Positions 31,929 to 42,983 are shown, numbered from the stretch's first letter. The stretch is 64,000 nt of DNA from Candidatus Heimdallarchaeota archaeon (GCA_019057815.1 JAHLWR010000005.1:130829-194828), one strand, 5' to 3'. The notes: generated from the letters alone by a model not told the origin. Program-made: numbers and translations.

Positions 31929-32855
31929 ATGACAAAAATTGAAAGAATACCATCAGGTATTATAGGATTAGACACGCTTCTACATGGAGGGTTAATTAAA
32001 AATTCTGTGAGCTCTATAGTAGGAAGCAGTGGAACAGGAAAAACTACTTTTGCTCTTTCTTATATTTACCAAGGATTATTAGAAGGGGATCATATTTTAT
32101 ATCTTTCTTTTGAAGAGAGTCCTTCAAAACTGATTTCTGAAGCAAAATCTTTAGGAATAAGTTTTGATGATATAACCCATGATGCTTCTGATCTTATTCA
32201 TCTAGTGGAAAGTGAGAAAATAGTAGAATTTATGACTAATATCCTACCAGCTCTAGCACAAAAACTTAGACATCAAAACATAAGACATACACGCATCGTT
32301 TTAGATCCATTAACACCAATCCTTTGGGAATTTCCATCAGAAAAAGAGCAGAGAAAAATACTGACAAAAGCCTATTATCACCTTAGTTCATTAGGAACAG
32401 TTTTACAAACGGTCGAAGAACCTAATGCATTTGGTCAAACAGATATTGGCTCAAACGAGATTAGAGTGCCAATTTACCTTTCTGATAACGTTGTTCATAT
32501 CCAGAGTTTAGGATTAGGAGGAAAATATAACAGGACTTGCAAAATCATAAAGTCCAGAAAAACCCCACACCACGAAGGCATTTATCCACTATCTTTTGTC
32601 AATGGTCTAGGAATAGAGATTGACACAAGTTCAATCATTGAACAAGAAAGAAAGGTACTACAAACTGAAAATAATTATAACGAATTACTAATCAAAATAA
32701 AAAGCATGGCAAAAGCAAGGGATCCAAAAAAAAGAATCGTTGCTCAAATTGCTCAAAACATCTTGTCAAATAGATCTGGGAAAGAACAAAATTTCAATGT
32801 AGAATTAGTAAAAACCTTGACAGATCCACAAATCTTGCAAGAGGTTAGAACATGA
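31929..32855 (+). CDS. KaiC/RAD55-like RecA-superfamily ATPase
   Basis: RIPSGIIGLDTLLHGG, GSSGTGKT, YLSFEES, RIVLDP, IIKSRKTPH. Confidence 0.85.
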   Translation: MTKIERIPSGIIGLDTLLHGGLIKNSVSSIVGSSGTGKTTFALSYIYQGLLEGDHILYLSFEESPSKLISEAKSLGISFDDITHDASDLIHLVESEKIVEFMTNILPALAQKLRHQNIRHTRIVLDPLTPILWEFPSEKEQRKILTKAYYHLSSLGTVLQTVEEPNAFGQTDIGSNEIRVPIYLSDNVVHIQSLGLGGKYNRTCKIIKSRKTPHHEGIYPLSFVNGLGIEIDTSSIIEQERKVLQTENNYNELLIKIKSMAKARDPKKRIVAQIAQNILSNRSGKEQNFNVELVKTLTDPQILQEVRT

Positions 32856-33211
32856 AACCAAATTATGGAATTGAATCAGAATTAGAGGATTTAATACATC
32901 TTGATGATGTTAACGCTGCAGTTCTCTTCAGGATTGATGGCAGCGTAATGAAATCTGCATTCAATGAACAAAACTGCGACCATATAATTAGAGTGTTACA
33001 ATGGTGCAAATCAAATGTAGAGAAGGTTTCATTGGAAATGAAAACAAATAACCTGAAAAAAGTGACCTATGAGTTAAACGAAACAAATATTTTGTTTTTT
33101 ATTGTAGATAATGTTACAATACTAACAACATTAGCAACTCATAATGCAAATATGAGTTTGTTATCTATAGAGTCAAAAAGAAAATCCTCACTAATTTCTC
33201 AATATTTATGA
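32852..33211 (+). CDS. Roadblock/LC7-like protein
   Basis: VNAAVLFRIDGSVM...NMSLLSIE; ATGA overlap with the KaiC-like gene. Confidence 0.7.
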   Translation: MKPNYGIESELEDLIHLDDVNAAVLFRIDGSVMKSAFNEQNCDHIIRVLQWCKSNVEKVSLEMKTNNLKKVTYELNETNILFFIVDNVTILTTLATHNANMSLLSIESKRKSSLISQYL

Positions 33212-33221
33212 GGGAACACCA

Positions 33222-34562
33222 ATGCAAATAAGTACTTCCACCATAAGCCATAGATCTATACATAAAACAACAAAATATATAGTGAAAAATGTTATATCTG
33301 ATATCAATGGCACACCAAATTTTATTTTGGTAGCATTAACTTCGAGTTATAAAAACAGGGAAGATTACCAAAAAGCGCTTTTAAAAATTCAAGAAGAAAG
33401 TGGCACAGAAAATATCATGGGGGGAACGTTTCCAGCTGTGGTCACTTCGGATGAAAAACCTACTGTCCAAGGATGCGCTGTAATGGCAATAAAATCAAAC
33501 GAGATTCATTTTGAAAAACCATTTGCATATTCCAATATAAGAACTAAACCAAAAAAGGGAGCTAAAATAATACAAGAAAAATATAAAAACACTTTACTAA
33601 AATCAAAAATTGGTTTTATCATAACACCAGGACCAAATTTTCTTCCTGGTGCAATGGAAGATATGAAACCCATGGATTCGTTTTTTGCACATAAATTTAA
33701 GAGGATTTTCGGAGTTATAGGGGCTCTGATACAAAAAAATATGGGGAAACAAGGATATGGAGTTACTGAATATGCAGATGTAATCCTAGAAATATTATCA
33801 AATAACGGTGTTGATGAGTTAATTGGAGGAGCAACTTATGAAATGGATGTAAATCCAAATTTTCAGTTTCAAGGGAATCAAGTATATCAAAATGCACTAG
33901 TGGGAACAGTGATTTCGTCTGACATTCTAGAATTTGGTCATAGTTGGACATTTGATAGATCACAAAAATACAAAAACTTCATGGTTACTGATTATTTAAA
34001 AGGAGGGTATATTCAGAAAATAGATAATAAATCAGCAAGTGATAAGTTTTTAGATGAAATTGATACGACTAGGGAGCTCTATGATGAGGCATTTAGCAGA
34101 TATTCATATGCATCTTTGCTATATCTGACAGCTGTGCAGCTTGAAAATGGTGAATATTCACCTTATGTTTGTGCAAGTCATCCAGCATTAAAAGGATTGA
34201 TCACATCAATTCCAAATAGTAAATTAAATGGTAAACCATTCAAGACTGAGCTATTTACTCAATCAGGATCAGGAATAAAAAGTTCTGCATATGAATGTGC
34301 AATCAAAGCTCGTGAAAATATAGACAACCCACTTTTTGGTATATTTGTTAACTGTTCAAACAGGCTAATAATTGCAGGAGACAAGATTGAAGACGAAAAT
34401 GTAATGATAAAGAAAGCACTAGGAGAAGACGTTCCTTTCATCACACTTTATGGTGGAGGAGAATTTTCACTTATCAATAGACAACCCATTTACTCCTCAG
34501 TTTCGCTTCATAGTTTTATCGCAGGTAAAACTAGTTTTTCAAAAAAAAATGTGGTGTTTTAA
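33222..34562 (+). CDS. FIST-domain signalling protein
   Basis: IMGGT, LIGGA, IQKIDNKSA, IFVNCSNR, FITLYGGGEF (FIST_C C..R / GE motif). Confidence 0.7.
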   Translation: MQISTSTISHRSIHKTTKYIVKNVISDINGTPNFILVALTSSYKNREDYQKALLKIQEESGTENIMGGTFPAVVTSDEKPTVQGCAVMAIKSNEIHFEKPFAYSNIRTKPKKGAKIIQEKYKNTLLKSKIGFIITPGPNFLPGAMEDMKPMDSFFAHKFKRIFGVIGALIQKNMGKQGYGVTEYADVILEILSNNGVDELIGGATYEMDVNPNFQFQGNQVYQNALVGTVISSDILEFGHSWTFDRSQKYKNFMVTDYLKGGYIQKIDNKSASDKFLDEIDTTRELYDEAFSRYSYASLLYLTAVQLENGEYSPYVCASHPALKGLITSIPNSKLNGKPFKTELFTQSGSGIKSSAYECAIKARENIDNPLFGIFVNCSNRLIIAGDKIEDENVMIKKALGEDVPFITLYGGGEFSLINRQPIYSSVSLHSFIAGKTSFSKKNVVF

Positions 34563-34583
34563 ATCTTTTATGAGGTAAAAGAA

Positions 34584-35183
34584 ATGATGAGTTCAAGAAA
34601 TTTATATAGCACAAAACAAGGAGAAATTCTGAAAATTGCAATTTTAGGGCTTGGATCTGTAGGAAAAACTACAATATCAAAAAGTTACTCAGGAGAACTA
34701 AATAACCCTGATGAAATTACAATGACCAAAGGTGTTGACATTACTGTTAAGAGAGTCATACTACAAAATAACTATTATACTCTACAAATTTGGGATTTTG
34801 CTGGCCAAAAACAGTTTCGCTTTATGATAGATGTTTTTCTTAGAGGAATTAAAGGTATAATGTATGTATATGATGTAACGGATATTGAAACACTATTAGA
34901 CCTTAATGAATTTGTAGATTTAGCTAGAGATTACCTTATTAATAACAACTATTCAAATATTCCTGAGATTTTAGTTGGTAATAAGGCAGATTTAGGTGAA
35001 GCAGAAGTTTCTATAGAAGACATTCACAATTTTATGAAAATGTACAATTTGAAGAAACACTTTCTTGTAAGTGGACTCTTTAATGCTAATGTCTCTGAAC
35101 CTTTTGAACATCTTGTATCTGAAATAATTAAAGAGAAACAGAGTTTAAGTGAGGAAATCATCTCAAAATACAATAGAATTTAG
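34584..35183 (+). CDS. Rab/Ras-like small GTPase
   Basis: G1 GLGSVGKT, G2 T, G3 WDFAGQ, G4 NKAD, G5 VSG; no C-terminal prenylation motif. Confidence 0.9.
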   Translation: MMSSRNLYSTKQGEILKIAILGLGSVGKTTISKSYSGELNNPDEITMTKGVDITVKRVILQNNYYTLQIWDFAGQKQFRFMIDVFLRGIKGIMYVYDVTDIETLLDLNEFVDLARDYLINNNYSNIPEILVGNKADLGEAEVSIEDIHNFMKMYNLKKHFLVSGLFNANVSEPFEHLVSEIIKEKQSLSEEIISKYNRI

Positions 35184-35205
35184 AGAGCAATTCAAAGTGA
35201 TTAAA

Positions 35206-35535
35206 ATGTTTCAAGAAGAGAAGTATATACTTAAATCAATCACTTGCGAAAAATGTGGTAAAATACTGGAATGCAGAATAGATAAACAGCACCTTAACGA
35301 TATGAGAGATAACCAGTTGTTCAATTTCGTCTTAATGCATGCAAATGATCATACACTTGTGATCGCCGTTGATGGTAAAGGAAATATTAGAAGAACTAGG
35401 ATTGCATCTCTTAATTCCAATGATTCAAAAGAAAGGAAAGTTGAATCCTTTGAAAGTTATCACGTAATAAAAGAATCTAATAGTTTAGTGGATGCCTTTA
35501 ATGCTTTTTTTAAACAAGGTAAAAAGAGTATTTAG
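35206..35535 (+). CDS. Small Zn-binding hypothetical protein
   Basis: CEKC...H..DHTLVIAVDGKGNIRR; GTGAT SD-like sequence before ATG 35206. Confidence 0.6.
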   Translation: MFQEEKYILKSITCEKCGKILECRIDKQHLNDMRDNQLFNFVLMHANDHTLVIAVDGKGNIRRTRIASLNSNDSKERKVESFESYHVIKESNSLVDAFNAFFKQGKKSI

Positions 35536-35662
35536 TGAATAGTTTCATAATAGTACGAATGAAGTTGCCAAAAGTGATGGAATTTTTTTACGATTTAGCT
35601 CTCTTAACATACTAAAAAAATATTAAATAAAAAAAGAGGAAAAAAATGAAATTCACCAAATT

Positions 35663-36946
35663 TTACTTAGGTGTAACCTTTTTAACAATGCCTACTGCAA
35701 CCGTTTGTCCCATATCTCTAATTGCGAATCGTCCTAGCTGAGGAATATCACTAAATTGTTCAATAGCCATATCCCTTGTAGGAATCATCAGAACCTCTGC
35801 AGAATCACCATTCTTTAAGAAATCAGGTTTATCAGTTGTTACTCCTTTTGCTACTTTATTTATTAACTCAGCAAATCTTACAGCAACTTGTGCAGTACCA
35901 CAGTGGATTACTGGAGTATATCCTGCAGCAATGGCAGAAGGATGACGGATAACTGTAACTCGAGCTATGAAGTCTTTTGCAATTGTTGGTGGTTTAGTTT
36001 TATGCCCAACTACATCACCACGACGTGCATCTTGTTTGGATAAACCTTTACAGCTGAAACCTATGTTATCACCAGGTATTGCTTCAGAAATATCTTCGTG
36101 ATGCATTTCAATAGACATAACATCAGCTGTTTTACCAGTTGGTTGGAAAATAACCTCATCTTTTGGTTTTAGTACACCCGTCTCAACACGACCAACAGGA
36201 ACTGTTCCGATTCCTGTAATACTATAAACATCTTGTATTGGTAGCCTTAGTGGCTTATCAATAGGCTTAGCTGGAACAGTAAGTGTATCAAGTGCTTCAA
36301 CAAGAGTTGGTCCTTTGTACCATGACATTGTTTCTGCTTTTTCATTTAAGTTGTCACCTTTTATACCACTAACTGGAATAAATAAAGTTTCATTAGTGTC
36401 GAAACCAAACAATTTTAGGTTTCTTTCCATTTCACTTTTGATTTCTTCATAGCGTTCTTGCTTATATTCAGCAAGATCCATCTTGTTAACTGCAACAAGT
36501 AGCTGATCAACACCTAAAGTTTTGGCTAACAAGGCATGCTCACGGGTTTGACCTGTAGTGCTGATACCTGCTTCAAATTCACCTGTTCCTGCACTAATTA
36601 CTAAGACAGCTGCATCTGCTTGTGAAGTACCAGTTATCATGTTTTTAACGAAGTCACGATGGCCAGGAGCATCAATAATTGTAAAGTAGTATTTTTTAGT
36701 TTGAAACTTATAAAAAGCAAGATCGATTGTGACACCTCTCTCTCTTTCTTCCTTCAGTTTGTCTAACACCCAAGCAAACTTGAAACTTCCACGACCAATC
36801 AATTCAGCTTCTTTTTCGAATTTTTGGATATCTCTATCAGATACACTTCCACAAACATATAACAAGTGACCTGTCATGGTTGACTTACCGTGATCTACGT
36901 GCCCAATGATTATTAGATTTAAATGGGGTTTCTCTTTTGAACTCAT
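35663..36946 (-). CDS. tuf: Translation elongation factor 1-alpha
   Basis: [48 protein letters not shown]. Confidence 0.98.
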   Translation of the reverse strand: MSSKEKPHLNLIIIGHVDHGKSTMTGHLLYVCGSVSDRDIQKFEKEAELIGRGSFKFAWVLDKLKEERERGVTIDLAFYKFQTKKYYFTIIDAPGHRDFVKNMITGTSQADAAVLVISAGTGEFEAGISTTGQTREHALLAKTLGVDQLLVAVNKMDLAEYKQERYEEIKSEMERNLKLFGFDTNETLFIPVSGIKGDNLNEKAETMSWYKGPTLVEALDTLTVPAKPIDKPLRLPIQDVYSITGIGTVPVGRVETGVLKPKDEVIFQPTGKTADVMSIEMHHEDISEAIPGDNIGFSCKGLSKQDARRGDVVGHKTKPPTIAKDFIARVTVIRHPSAIAAGYTPVIHCGTAQVAVRFAELINKVAKGVTTDKPDFLKNGDSAEVLMIPTRDMAIEQFSDIPQLGRFAIRDMGQTVAVGIVKKVTPK

Positions 36947-37182
36947 TTTTCCTACACCTTTTTTGGTTTTACTAATAACTAGCATAGGTTATACTTGATA
37001 AAATAACCAAATTCGTTTTATTAAAAGCATTTTGGTTTTGGTTTTGTATTCATATTTGAAAAAAAACAGAAAATGGTACACAGAGCTGTTTCTATCTACT
37101 TTAGAGATAGCAATAATGCTTTTCTTTCCAAACTTATTATTATATAAGAACAGAAAAAAAAGGAGGGAAAAGAATCTTAATT

Positions 37183-39435
37183 TTAGGAACTAGGATAGGC
37201 AGTATCCAATTCAGCAGATAACTGTGCAATGTTTGGAGGATAATTCACTTCAAAGATTCGGACAAGAGGATAATTACGTGCCATATCAGGACTAGAGGCA
37301 AGGCCATAACTACGAAAAACTTCATTGAAATAGATGAAACCATCCACACCTTTCAAATTGTAAACAGGATATTCTACCGCATATTCCATCAACCCAGGAT
37401 TTTGGCCTATAGGGCTGATATCTGATTGATCAAATGCGTGACCGGTATCTGCATCATATGCAATCAATCTGTAAAGAACCGAATCATAGAATTTTCTTTG
37501 ATAGACATTTGCTGTGTTTTGTTCATTTAATCCGTAGTAATCCTCTTCAACAACTCCAAATTGAGGAACAGTCGCCTCAGCTATTCTAATACACCACACA
37601 GCTTTACCTAAATCAGAACCCAATCCACTCATTCCAGCTTGACTATTAACTAATACATACTTAACATTGTATTTGTACATAAGTTTAATTGATTCAGTGA
37701 AATCCCACATCAACATTGTTCCAACAACGCCTATATGGGTTTTATTTGTAGTGGCATTATCAACAAGCGACGTGGCGTTTCCATAATTTGTTATCCAGTA
37801 ACCATAATCCCACCAACTTAAAACCACAGATGGGCTATTTGTTACTATACCATCGGATTGAGCGTTTTGTCTTAACCATAGAAGAGCCTCTTGCCAATCA
37901 GTGATTGGAAGACCGTTTTGATAATATACAGGGGCCATCTCAATACGTGCTAAATTATCAGCAGTTGTTATACTGTGTATTGAGAAAGTTACTAGTAAAC
38001 CGAATATTACAACATAGGCAATTATTGCCTCATCTCTTCCAATAGATTTAGTTATTCGCAGTTTCCTCTTCGTAAGAGCCATTTTTCCGTGAGCACTTAA
38101 GGAATAAGGATAAAGCAGTTTATCAATAGCCATAGCACTTAGTAATGAAGCGGCTGGTGCTAGTAGTAAGACTAAACGCACCATTGAGCCTGAAAAATAA
38201 ATAGTAGTAAGACCAAATACTAGGATAAGGATATTCACATTAGTTGGTTTTTTCAAACAATAGTATATACCCAAGGGAATAAGAAAAACCATTATATGAA
38301 TATTATTGAAGATTCCACTCCACGTAATAGGTTGATGTTCACTAACAGAAGAAATTATAGGAATATTTAACCTTCCTCCTGGTAATATCACAGCCCAGAA
38401 TTTTTCAGCAATGTTCGTAAATATTCCAAGAGAAAGGAATATACCTATAAGAATGGCTAAAACAACCACTGACCCTATTGCACCTACAATTAGAATCTTT
38501 TTGAAAGTTTTTTCACTTAGGCTACGCGATATATTTTGAATTATACCTACAAAAATCAATAACCCTATCATAAGAACGGGAATCATCACTTCTATATTGA
38601 AAAATTGATTACGCACAACTCGTGGAAGTAAAAAACCAATTCCAAGTGAGGTAACTATTGTAATTGTATAAGTTTTTATTAGTTTATAGGACAATTTCCG
38701 AGTGAAAACTAAGAACAAAACAGCTAAAGGTAAAAGATCCAATATATATCTATAAGCTCCCCAACTACCAATTAAAATACCTAAACTTATTCCAGATAAG
38801 AAAGCAGAAACAGTACTACCACGTTTAATTCCTTTAATAAAGAAAAGGAGGGTAAGTACTAGGAACAGGACTCCTACAGATTCATTGTCATAGAACCCCG
38901 CAATGCTACGTGATAAATAAGCGGGAGATAAAGACATGAAAAATGCTGTGAATAACCCAGCTCTTGGACTAATGGCTTCTTTCCCTAAGAAATATGAAAC
39001 TAGTATTGTTAAAAAACCATAAATAACAGGACTAAAATATGCTGCTTGTTGAATTGTTACATTGATTGATAAAATACCTAAAAACCACTTAATTATTATT
39101 GAACTTAAAGGAACGCCCCAGTAAAGTTCTTTACCTGCATGAAAACCATATGGATACCAAGAATCCATTTTAAACCAGCTAATAAAATCTACAAAACCAT
39201 TTTGACTTATGAACTCTGCACTTGTTAACTGAACATAGGGATCAAATGCCTTGATTAGTGGATCATAACCTCTTATGAGAGGGAAAAATCTAATAATTAT
39301 ACCAACTGCAAGAATAAACAGCAAACTTAACTTATGTAAAAGTGATTCTCTGTTAATTTCATAATCTTCAAAGTGGTCTACGATTCTATCCCAAAAACGA
39401 CTCAATATACCACGTATACCTGTATCACTGGACAT
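37183..39435 (-). CDS. aglB: Oligosaccharyltransferase AglB/STT3
   Basis: FDPY, RSIAGFYDNE, SVSEHQP, WWDYG, DNAT. Confidence 0.95.
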   Translation of the reverse strand: MSSDTGIRGILSRFWDRIVDHFEDYEINRESLLHKLSLLFILAVGIIIRFFPLIRGYDPLIKAFDPYVQLTSAEFISQNGFVDFISWFKMDSWYPYGFHAGKELYWGVPLSSIIIKWFLGILSINVTIQQAAYFSPVIYGFLTILVSYFLGKEAISPRAGLFTAFFMSLSPAYLSRSIAGFYDNESVGVLFLVLTLLFFIKGIKRGSTVSAFLSGISLGILIGSWGAYRYILDLLPLAVLFLVFTRKLSYKLIKTYTITIVTSLGIGFLLPRVVRNQFFNIEVMIPVLMIGLLIFVGIIQNISRSLSEKTFKKILIVGAIGSVVVLAILIGIFLSLGIFTNIAEKFWAVILPGGRLNIPIISSVSEHQPITWSGIFNNIHIMVFLIPLGIYYCLKKPTNVNILILVFGLTTIYFSGSMVRLVLLLAPAASLLSAMAIDKLLYPYSLSAHGKMALTKRKLRITKSIGRDEAIIAYVVIFGLLVTFSIHSITTADNLARIEMAPVYYQNGLPITDWQEALLWLRQNAQSDGIVTNSPSVVLSWWDYGYWITNYGNATSLVDNATTNKTHIGVVGTMLMWDFTESIKLMYKYNVKYVLVNSQAGMSGLGSDLGKAVWCIRIAEATVPQFGVVEEDYYGLNEQNTANVYQRKFYDSVLYRLIAYDADTGHAFDQSDISPIGQNPGLMEYAVEYPVYNLKGVDGFIYFNEVFRSYGLASSPDMARNYPLVRIFEVNYPPNIAQLSAELDTAYPSS

Positions 39436-39628
39436 TATTTCACCTTTAAATAACTATAATTAAATTCTATTAGTATTTGAAATGAGTAAAAGAAAGGCGT
39501 TTAAAAACATTACTTATCAAGTTGGTTTTAAGAGAAAGCTACTAAAACATGTGTCGAAAATAGAAAATGTGTGAACTTGACAATAAGATTAATTAATATA
39601 GTGTCTTCTTAAAAAGAATTAGGTAAAG

Positions 39629-40042
39629 ATGAGATTAGAAAGAAAGGTTGCCTACGCATTAGCAAAAGAATTGAAAGACATAACTCAAGAAGCTAGATTA
39701 GAAGCATTGGCTATTTTAACAGCAACAGGGGATAGAATTGCCTTTTATGCAGGTGATAAAAAAGCTAATTCAACCGAATTATCTGCTATAGGTGCAGCAC
39801 TTGTTGCAGCTGCGAGATTAGCGCTAGAGAGACTAAATTTCTCACCTATTAATGATGTAATGGTTAGAGGAAATAATGGATTCTTAATACTTAAGTCAAT
39901 TGGAGATTTTCACATAGTAGGTGGAACAAGTGATATAGAAGAATTTAAAACGGCCATAGCTGTGCTCTCAAGCCACGCTACAAAAATTGCTGACATACTT
40001 TCTTATGTCCAAATAGATGAAGACGAGATTCTTCAAGAGTAA
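39629..40042 (+). CDS. Roadblock/LC7 domain protein
   Basis: LAILTATG...LSAIGAALVAAA...VMVRGNNGFLIL. Confidence 0.8.
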   Translation: MRLERKVAYALAKELKDITQEARLEALAILTATGDRIAFYAGDKKANSTELSAIGAALVAAARLALERLNFSPINDVMVRGNNGFLILKSIGDFHIVGGTSDIEEFKTAIAVLSSHATKIADILSYVQIDEDEILQE

Positions 40043-40059
40043 AAAAAATAAGAGAGAAG

Positions 40060-41631
40060 TCACTGAATAGTCTTAAAATCAATTGCTGTTCGCTGTAAAT
40101 TCTTTGAATTCACAACATAAGTTAATCCAGGATTGGGATTAATATTCATGCTTTTTTGATAAGGTGTTTGAAGCTGCAGTGTTCCTGAGTTAATCACTGT
40201 GACACCATTGTAACTATCATCTCCAGCAATATGAGTATGACCAGTATGAAAAATATCTGGAATTCGTGTAATAACCAGTTGGTCTATAGCTTCAGGGGCG
40301 ATAGGGGTTCTCTTTCCATAAATAGGTACTAAATGACGATTCTTAAGCATTTCAATCATAGCAGGTGTTGATGTATCATGTGAAATTTTTGGAATAGCTT
40401 CATTTATGTCAATAATTGAATTCCCATGGGACATTAATATTTCAACATTATGAGCTTTTACATAAGCAGGGCTGCCTAAAATATGGATGTTATCGAGTGA
40501 ATATAACTCAGGTGCAAACTCCTTTTGAATAGGAGTTTGAGGTTCAGCAGTTCTTGCTCCATCATGATTACCAGGAATAACAATGATTTCAACATCGCTT
40601 CGTATTTGCTCGAAAAATTCAAATGCAAGTAAATATTGGAGATGTATATTTTCAAATACAAGGTCATCTGCCTGATCTGGGTATATGCCTACGCCATCGA
40701 CAAGATCTCCTGCAACAAATAAATACTTAATGTTCTCACCTAGACGATTATGTTTGTCAGATTGAAGACTACCATTTAGAAAATTAATTGTTTTTCTAAA
40801 AAGGTTCCCATCAAAAAACTTTGAGCCTACATGCATATCAGAAAGAAAAAGAAAGAAAACATCTTCATCTGAGTAATTGGGACGACGTCCATGAGGAATA
40901 TCAGGCCATAATATGTCACTAATTCTTAATACACCATTTTTCCAATTACCAATAAAACAAAGAACTGAATCATTCAAAACACAGTTAATTTTCTTTAACA
41001 AGTCGTTGTTGGGGAACTGCGCACTACCCTTAACTTTCCCAAATGGATCCTCCAATTCAAAAGTTATAGGGCCTCTTCCAGACTTTGTTTTAGAATACAC
41101 TAGTGCAATTAATGAAATTTTCTCCTTTTCTCGGCTTGCAGAAAGGTTTTCTGTAGTTACCCTGTTTGTTATGTCCCTACGTTTTTTGAAAATATTATTT
41201 ATAGTATCATACCTGTTAAGAAAATAATCACGAAAACTAGCTGCAGCGGCTGAAGATTTAGCTTCTCGCAGTGAAGAAATTATTTCCAAGTCTGATTCTA
41301 CTTTTTCTCGTCTAAATTTCGTAGTACTCTCCTTAGATGATTTTTCAGGAATTTTAGCACGAGAATGTTTAATTGTGTCATCTTGAAGAGATTTCTGTTT
41401 GACAATTTGAGTGGAGGTAGAAAATGTTTGTTCATCATCGGTTATTTTTTCTGCTTTTAATATCACCTTAAGATCATCAATAGATAGAATCACCTTACTT
41501 GGCTTGTCTAGAAGAATTCTATCAATAATTGCATCAAGTTGTTCAGAATATTTACTTATAAAAGTAAAAGCTTCAGGAGATAATTGATAACCTGCAGAAA
41601 AAAGCTTACGAAGTTTCTTTGAATAGCTCAT
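40060..41631 (-). CDS. polB: DNA polymerase D small subunit (DP1)
   Basis: OB-fold (LEDPFG) plus phosphoesterase motifs SDMHVGS, AGDLVDGVGIYP, PGNHD, HG, GHTH. Confidence 0.95.
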   Translation of the reverse strand: MSYSKKLRKLFSAGYQLSPEAFTFISKYSEQLDAIIDRILLDKPSKVILSIDDLKVILKAEKITDDEQTFSTSTQIVKQKSLQDDTIKHSRAKIPEKSSKESTTKFRREKVESDLEIISSLREAKSSAAAASFRDYFLNRYDTINNIFKKRRDITNRVTTENLSASREKEKISLIALVYSKTKSGRGPITFELEDPFGKVKGSAQFPNNDLLKKINCVLNDSVLCFIGNWKNGVLRISDILWPDIPHGRRPNYSDEDVFFLFLSDMHVGSKFFDGNLFRKTINFLNGSLQSDKHNRLGENIKYLFVAGDLVDGVGIYPDQADDLVFENIHLQYLLAFEFFEQIRSDVEIIVIPGNHDGARTAEPQTPIQKEFAPELYSLDNIHILGSPAYVKAHNVEILMSHGNSIIDINEAIPKISHDTSTPAMIEMLKNRHLVPIYGKRTPIAPEAIDQLVITRIPDIFHTGHTHIAGDDSYNGVTVINSGTLQLQTPYQKSMNINPNPGLTYVVNSKNLQRTAIDFKTIQ

Positions 41632-41752
41632 TGCGATGCAGTTCTATTTACAACCAAGCGAATAAAACACTTTCGACAATATGGTGAAAAACAGAAACCA
41701 GAAAACAAAAAGTTTAAGATATTAACTATATGAGAAGAAACTACCATAACTA

Positions 41753-41849
41753 GGCCCCGTAGCTCAGTCGGATAGAGCACCAGCCTTCTAACTTTCAAAA
41801 AAGAGGAGAAAGTTGGGGGTCGCGCGTTCGAATCGCGTCGGGGCCGCCA
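41753..41849 (+). tRNA. tRNA-Arg(TCT) with a 20 nt intron at 37/38 (41791..41810)
   Basis: Acceptor GGCCCCG/CGGGGCC, D-loop GG, anticodon TCT at 41787-89, TTCGAAT, encoded CCA; BHB central helix CUUC/GGAG with 3 nt bulges. Confidence 0.93.
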
Positions 41850-41974
41850 ACAATTTTTGTATTCAAAGATTGAATTAACTTCAATTGAATATTAAGAGAC
41901 TACTTAAAATTCAATGGATAAATTGAAAAACTATAAATTTATATACGTTCATTTCTAGCACCCACTCGATTAGT

Positions 41975-42169
41975 ATGAGCAGTTCAAAGAAGCAAAAGAC
42001 AAAAAGAGACACTAGTCCAATGCCTGCAACTGGTGCAGGTTTAATGAGATACTATGATGAAGATTTGCCAGGTGTCAAAATTGGTCCATGGTACATAGTT
42101 ATTTTTGCGGTTATTTTAATAATAGGAGTAATATTAGGAAACGTATTTTACACTCCCCCAACGGCATAA
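41975..42169 (+). CDS. Preprotein translocase subunit Sec61beta
   Basis: MPATGAGLMRYYDED..GVKIGP plus one TM. Confidence 0.92.
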   Translation: MSSSKKQKTKRDTSPMPATGAGLMRYYDEDLPGVKIGPWYIVIFAVILIIGVILGNVFYTPPTA

Positions 42170-42495
42170 TTATTCTACTTCTAATCCCAGTTATTATTGA
42201 AGGTGATATTATTCAAGAATTTCAAAAACTTATGAAAAATCTATATTTTCCTAAAGACAACAAAAAGGGAAAAGTAAAAACAATGTTAAAACTTGTAGAA
42301 GAGATTGGGGAACTTTCTGAAGCCGTTTTACTTGATGATTTGTCCAAAATATCTGAAGAAATTGCTGATGTTTTGGCTTGGACTGCAAGCCTTGCTAACT
42401 TATATAATATCGATTTAAAGAGAGTAGTTTACAACAAATATCAAAAGAAATGTCCAAAATGTGGAAATAACCCTTGTAATTGCGAGAATCATTAA
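42088..42495 (+). CDS. MazG-like nucleotide pyrophosphohydrolase (true start probably downstream of 42169)
   Basis: LVEEIGELSEA...EEIADVLAW..SLAN...KY.KKCPKC...PC.C. Confidence 0.85.
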   Translation: MVHSYFCGYFNNRSNIRKRILHSPNGIIILLLIPVIIEGDIIQEFQKLMKNLYFPKDNKKGKVKTMLKLVEEIGELSEAVLLDDLSKISEEIADVLAWTASLANLYNIDLKRVVYNKYQKKCPKCGNNPCNCENH

Positions 42496-42602
42496 GAAAA
42501 AGGTTACTTAATATCAGTATTGTAATATCAGCATATTATCCCGGTTAGTCTCAAATTTTTTGTTGTATTTTTATTACTTTGTTATTGAAAATGTATAGAA
42601 AA

Positions 42603-42833
42603 ATGAAAGAAATATTACTTTTTACAGCAGATGATTGTCCATACTGTAACGTAGCAGAGACCATATTAAAAGAGGTACTAGAGGAGTATAGTGGTTTATT
42701 TGAATACAAAACCATTAAAATTGATAAAAATAAGAATGCGATCATTCTTTCTTTGCCTACTATTATTGTTGGGCAAAAAAGGATAGAAGGATTGCCAGAA
42801 AAAGATCAAATTCACTCAGCCCTGTTTGCTTGA
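42603..42833 (+). CDS. Thioredoxin/glutaredoxin-like protein
   Basis: CPYC motif, LPTIIV. Confidence 0.85.
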   Translation: MKEILLFTADDCPYCNVAETILKEVLEEYSGLFEYKTIKIDKNKNAIILSLPTIIVGQKRIEGLPEKDQIHSALFA

Positions 42834-42897
42834 GAAGAATAACTACTTTAGATAAATTTTTAATGGTATTTTTTCCTAATCAACGTGCTTGTAATAT

Positions 42898-42983
42898 GCC
42901 AGGATAGCCAAGCGGATTAAGGCGCTGGTCTTGAAAATCAGTTCTCGCAGAGAGCCGGGGTTCAAATCCCCGTCCTGGCTCCA
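42898..42983 (+). tRNA. tRNA-Ser(TGA)
   Basis: Acceptor GCCAGGA/TCCTGGC, anticodon TGA at 42932-34, long variable arm, TTCAAAT, encoded CCA. Confidence 0.92.
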
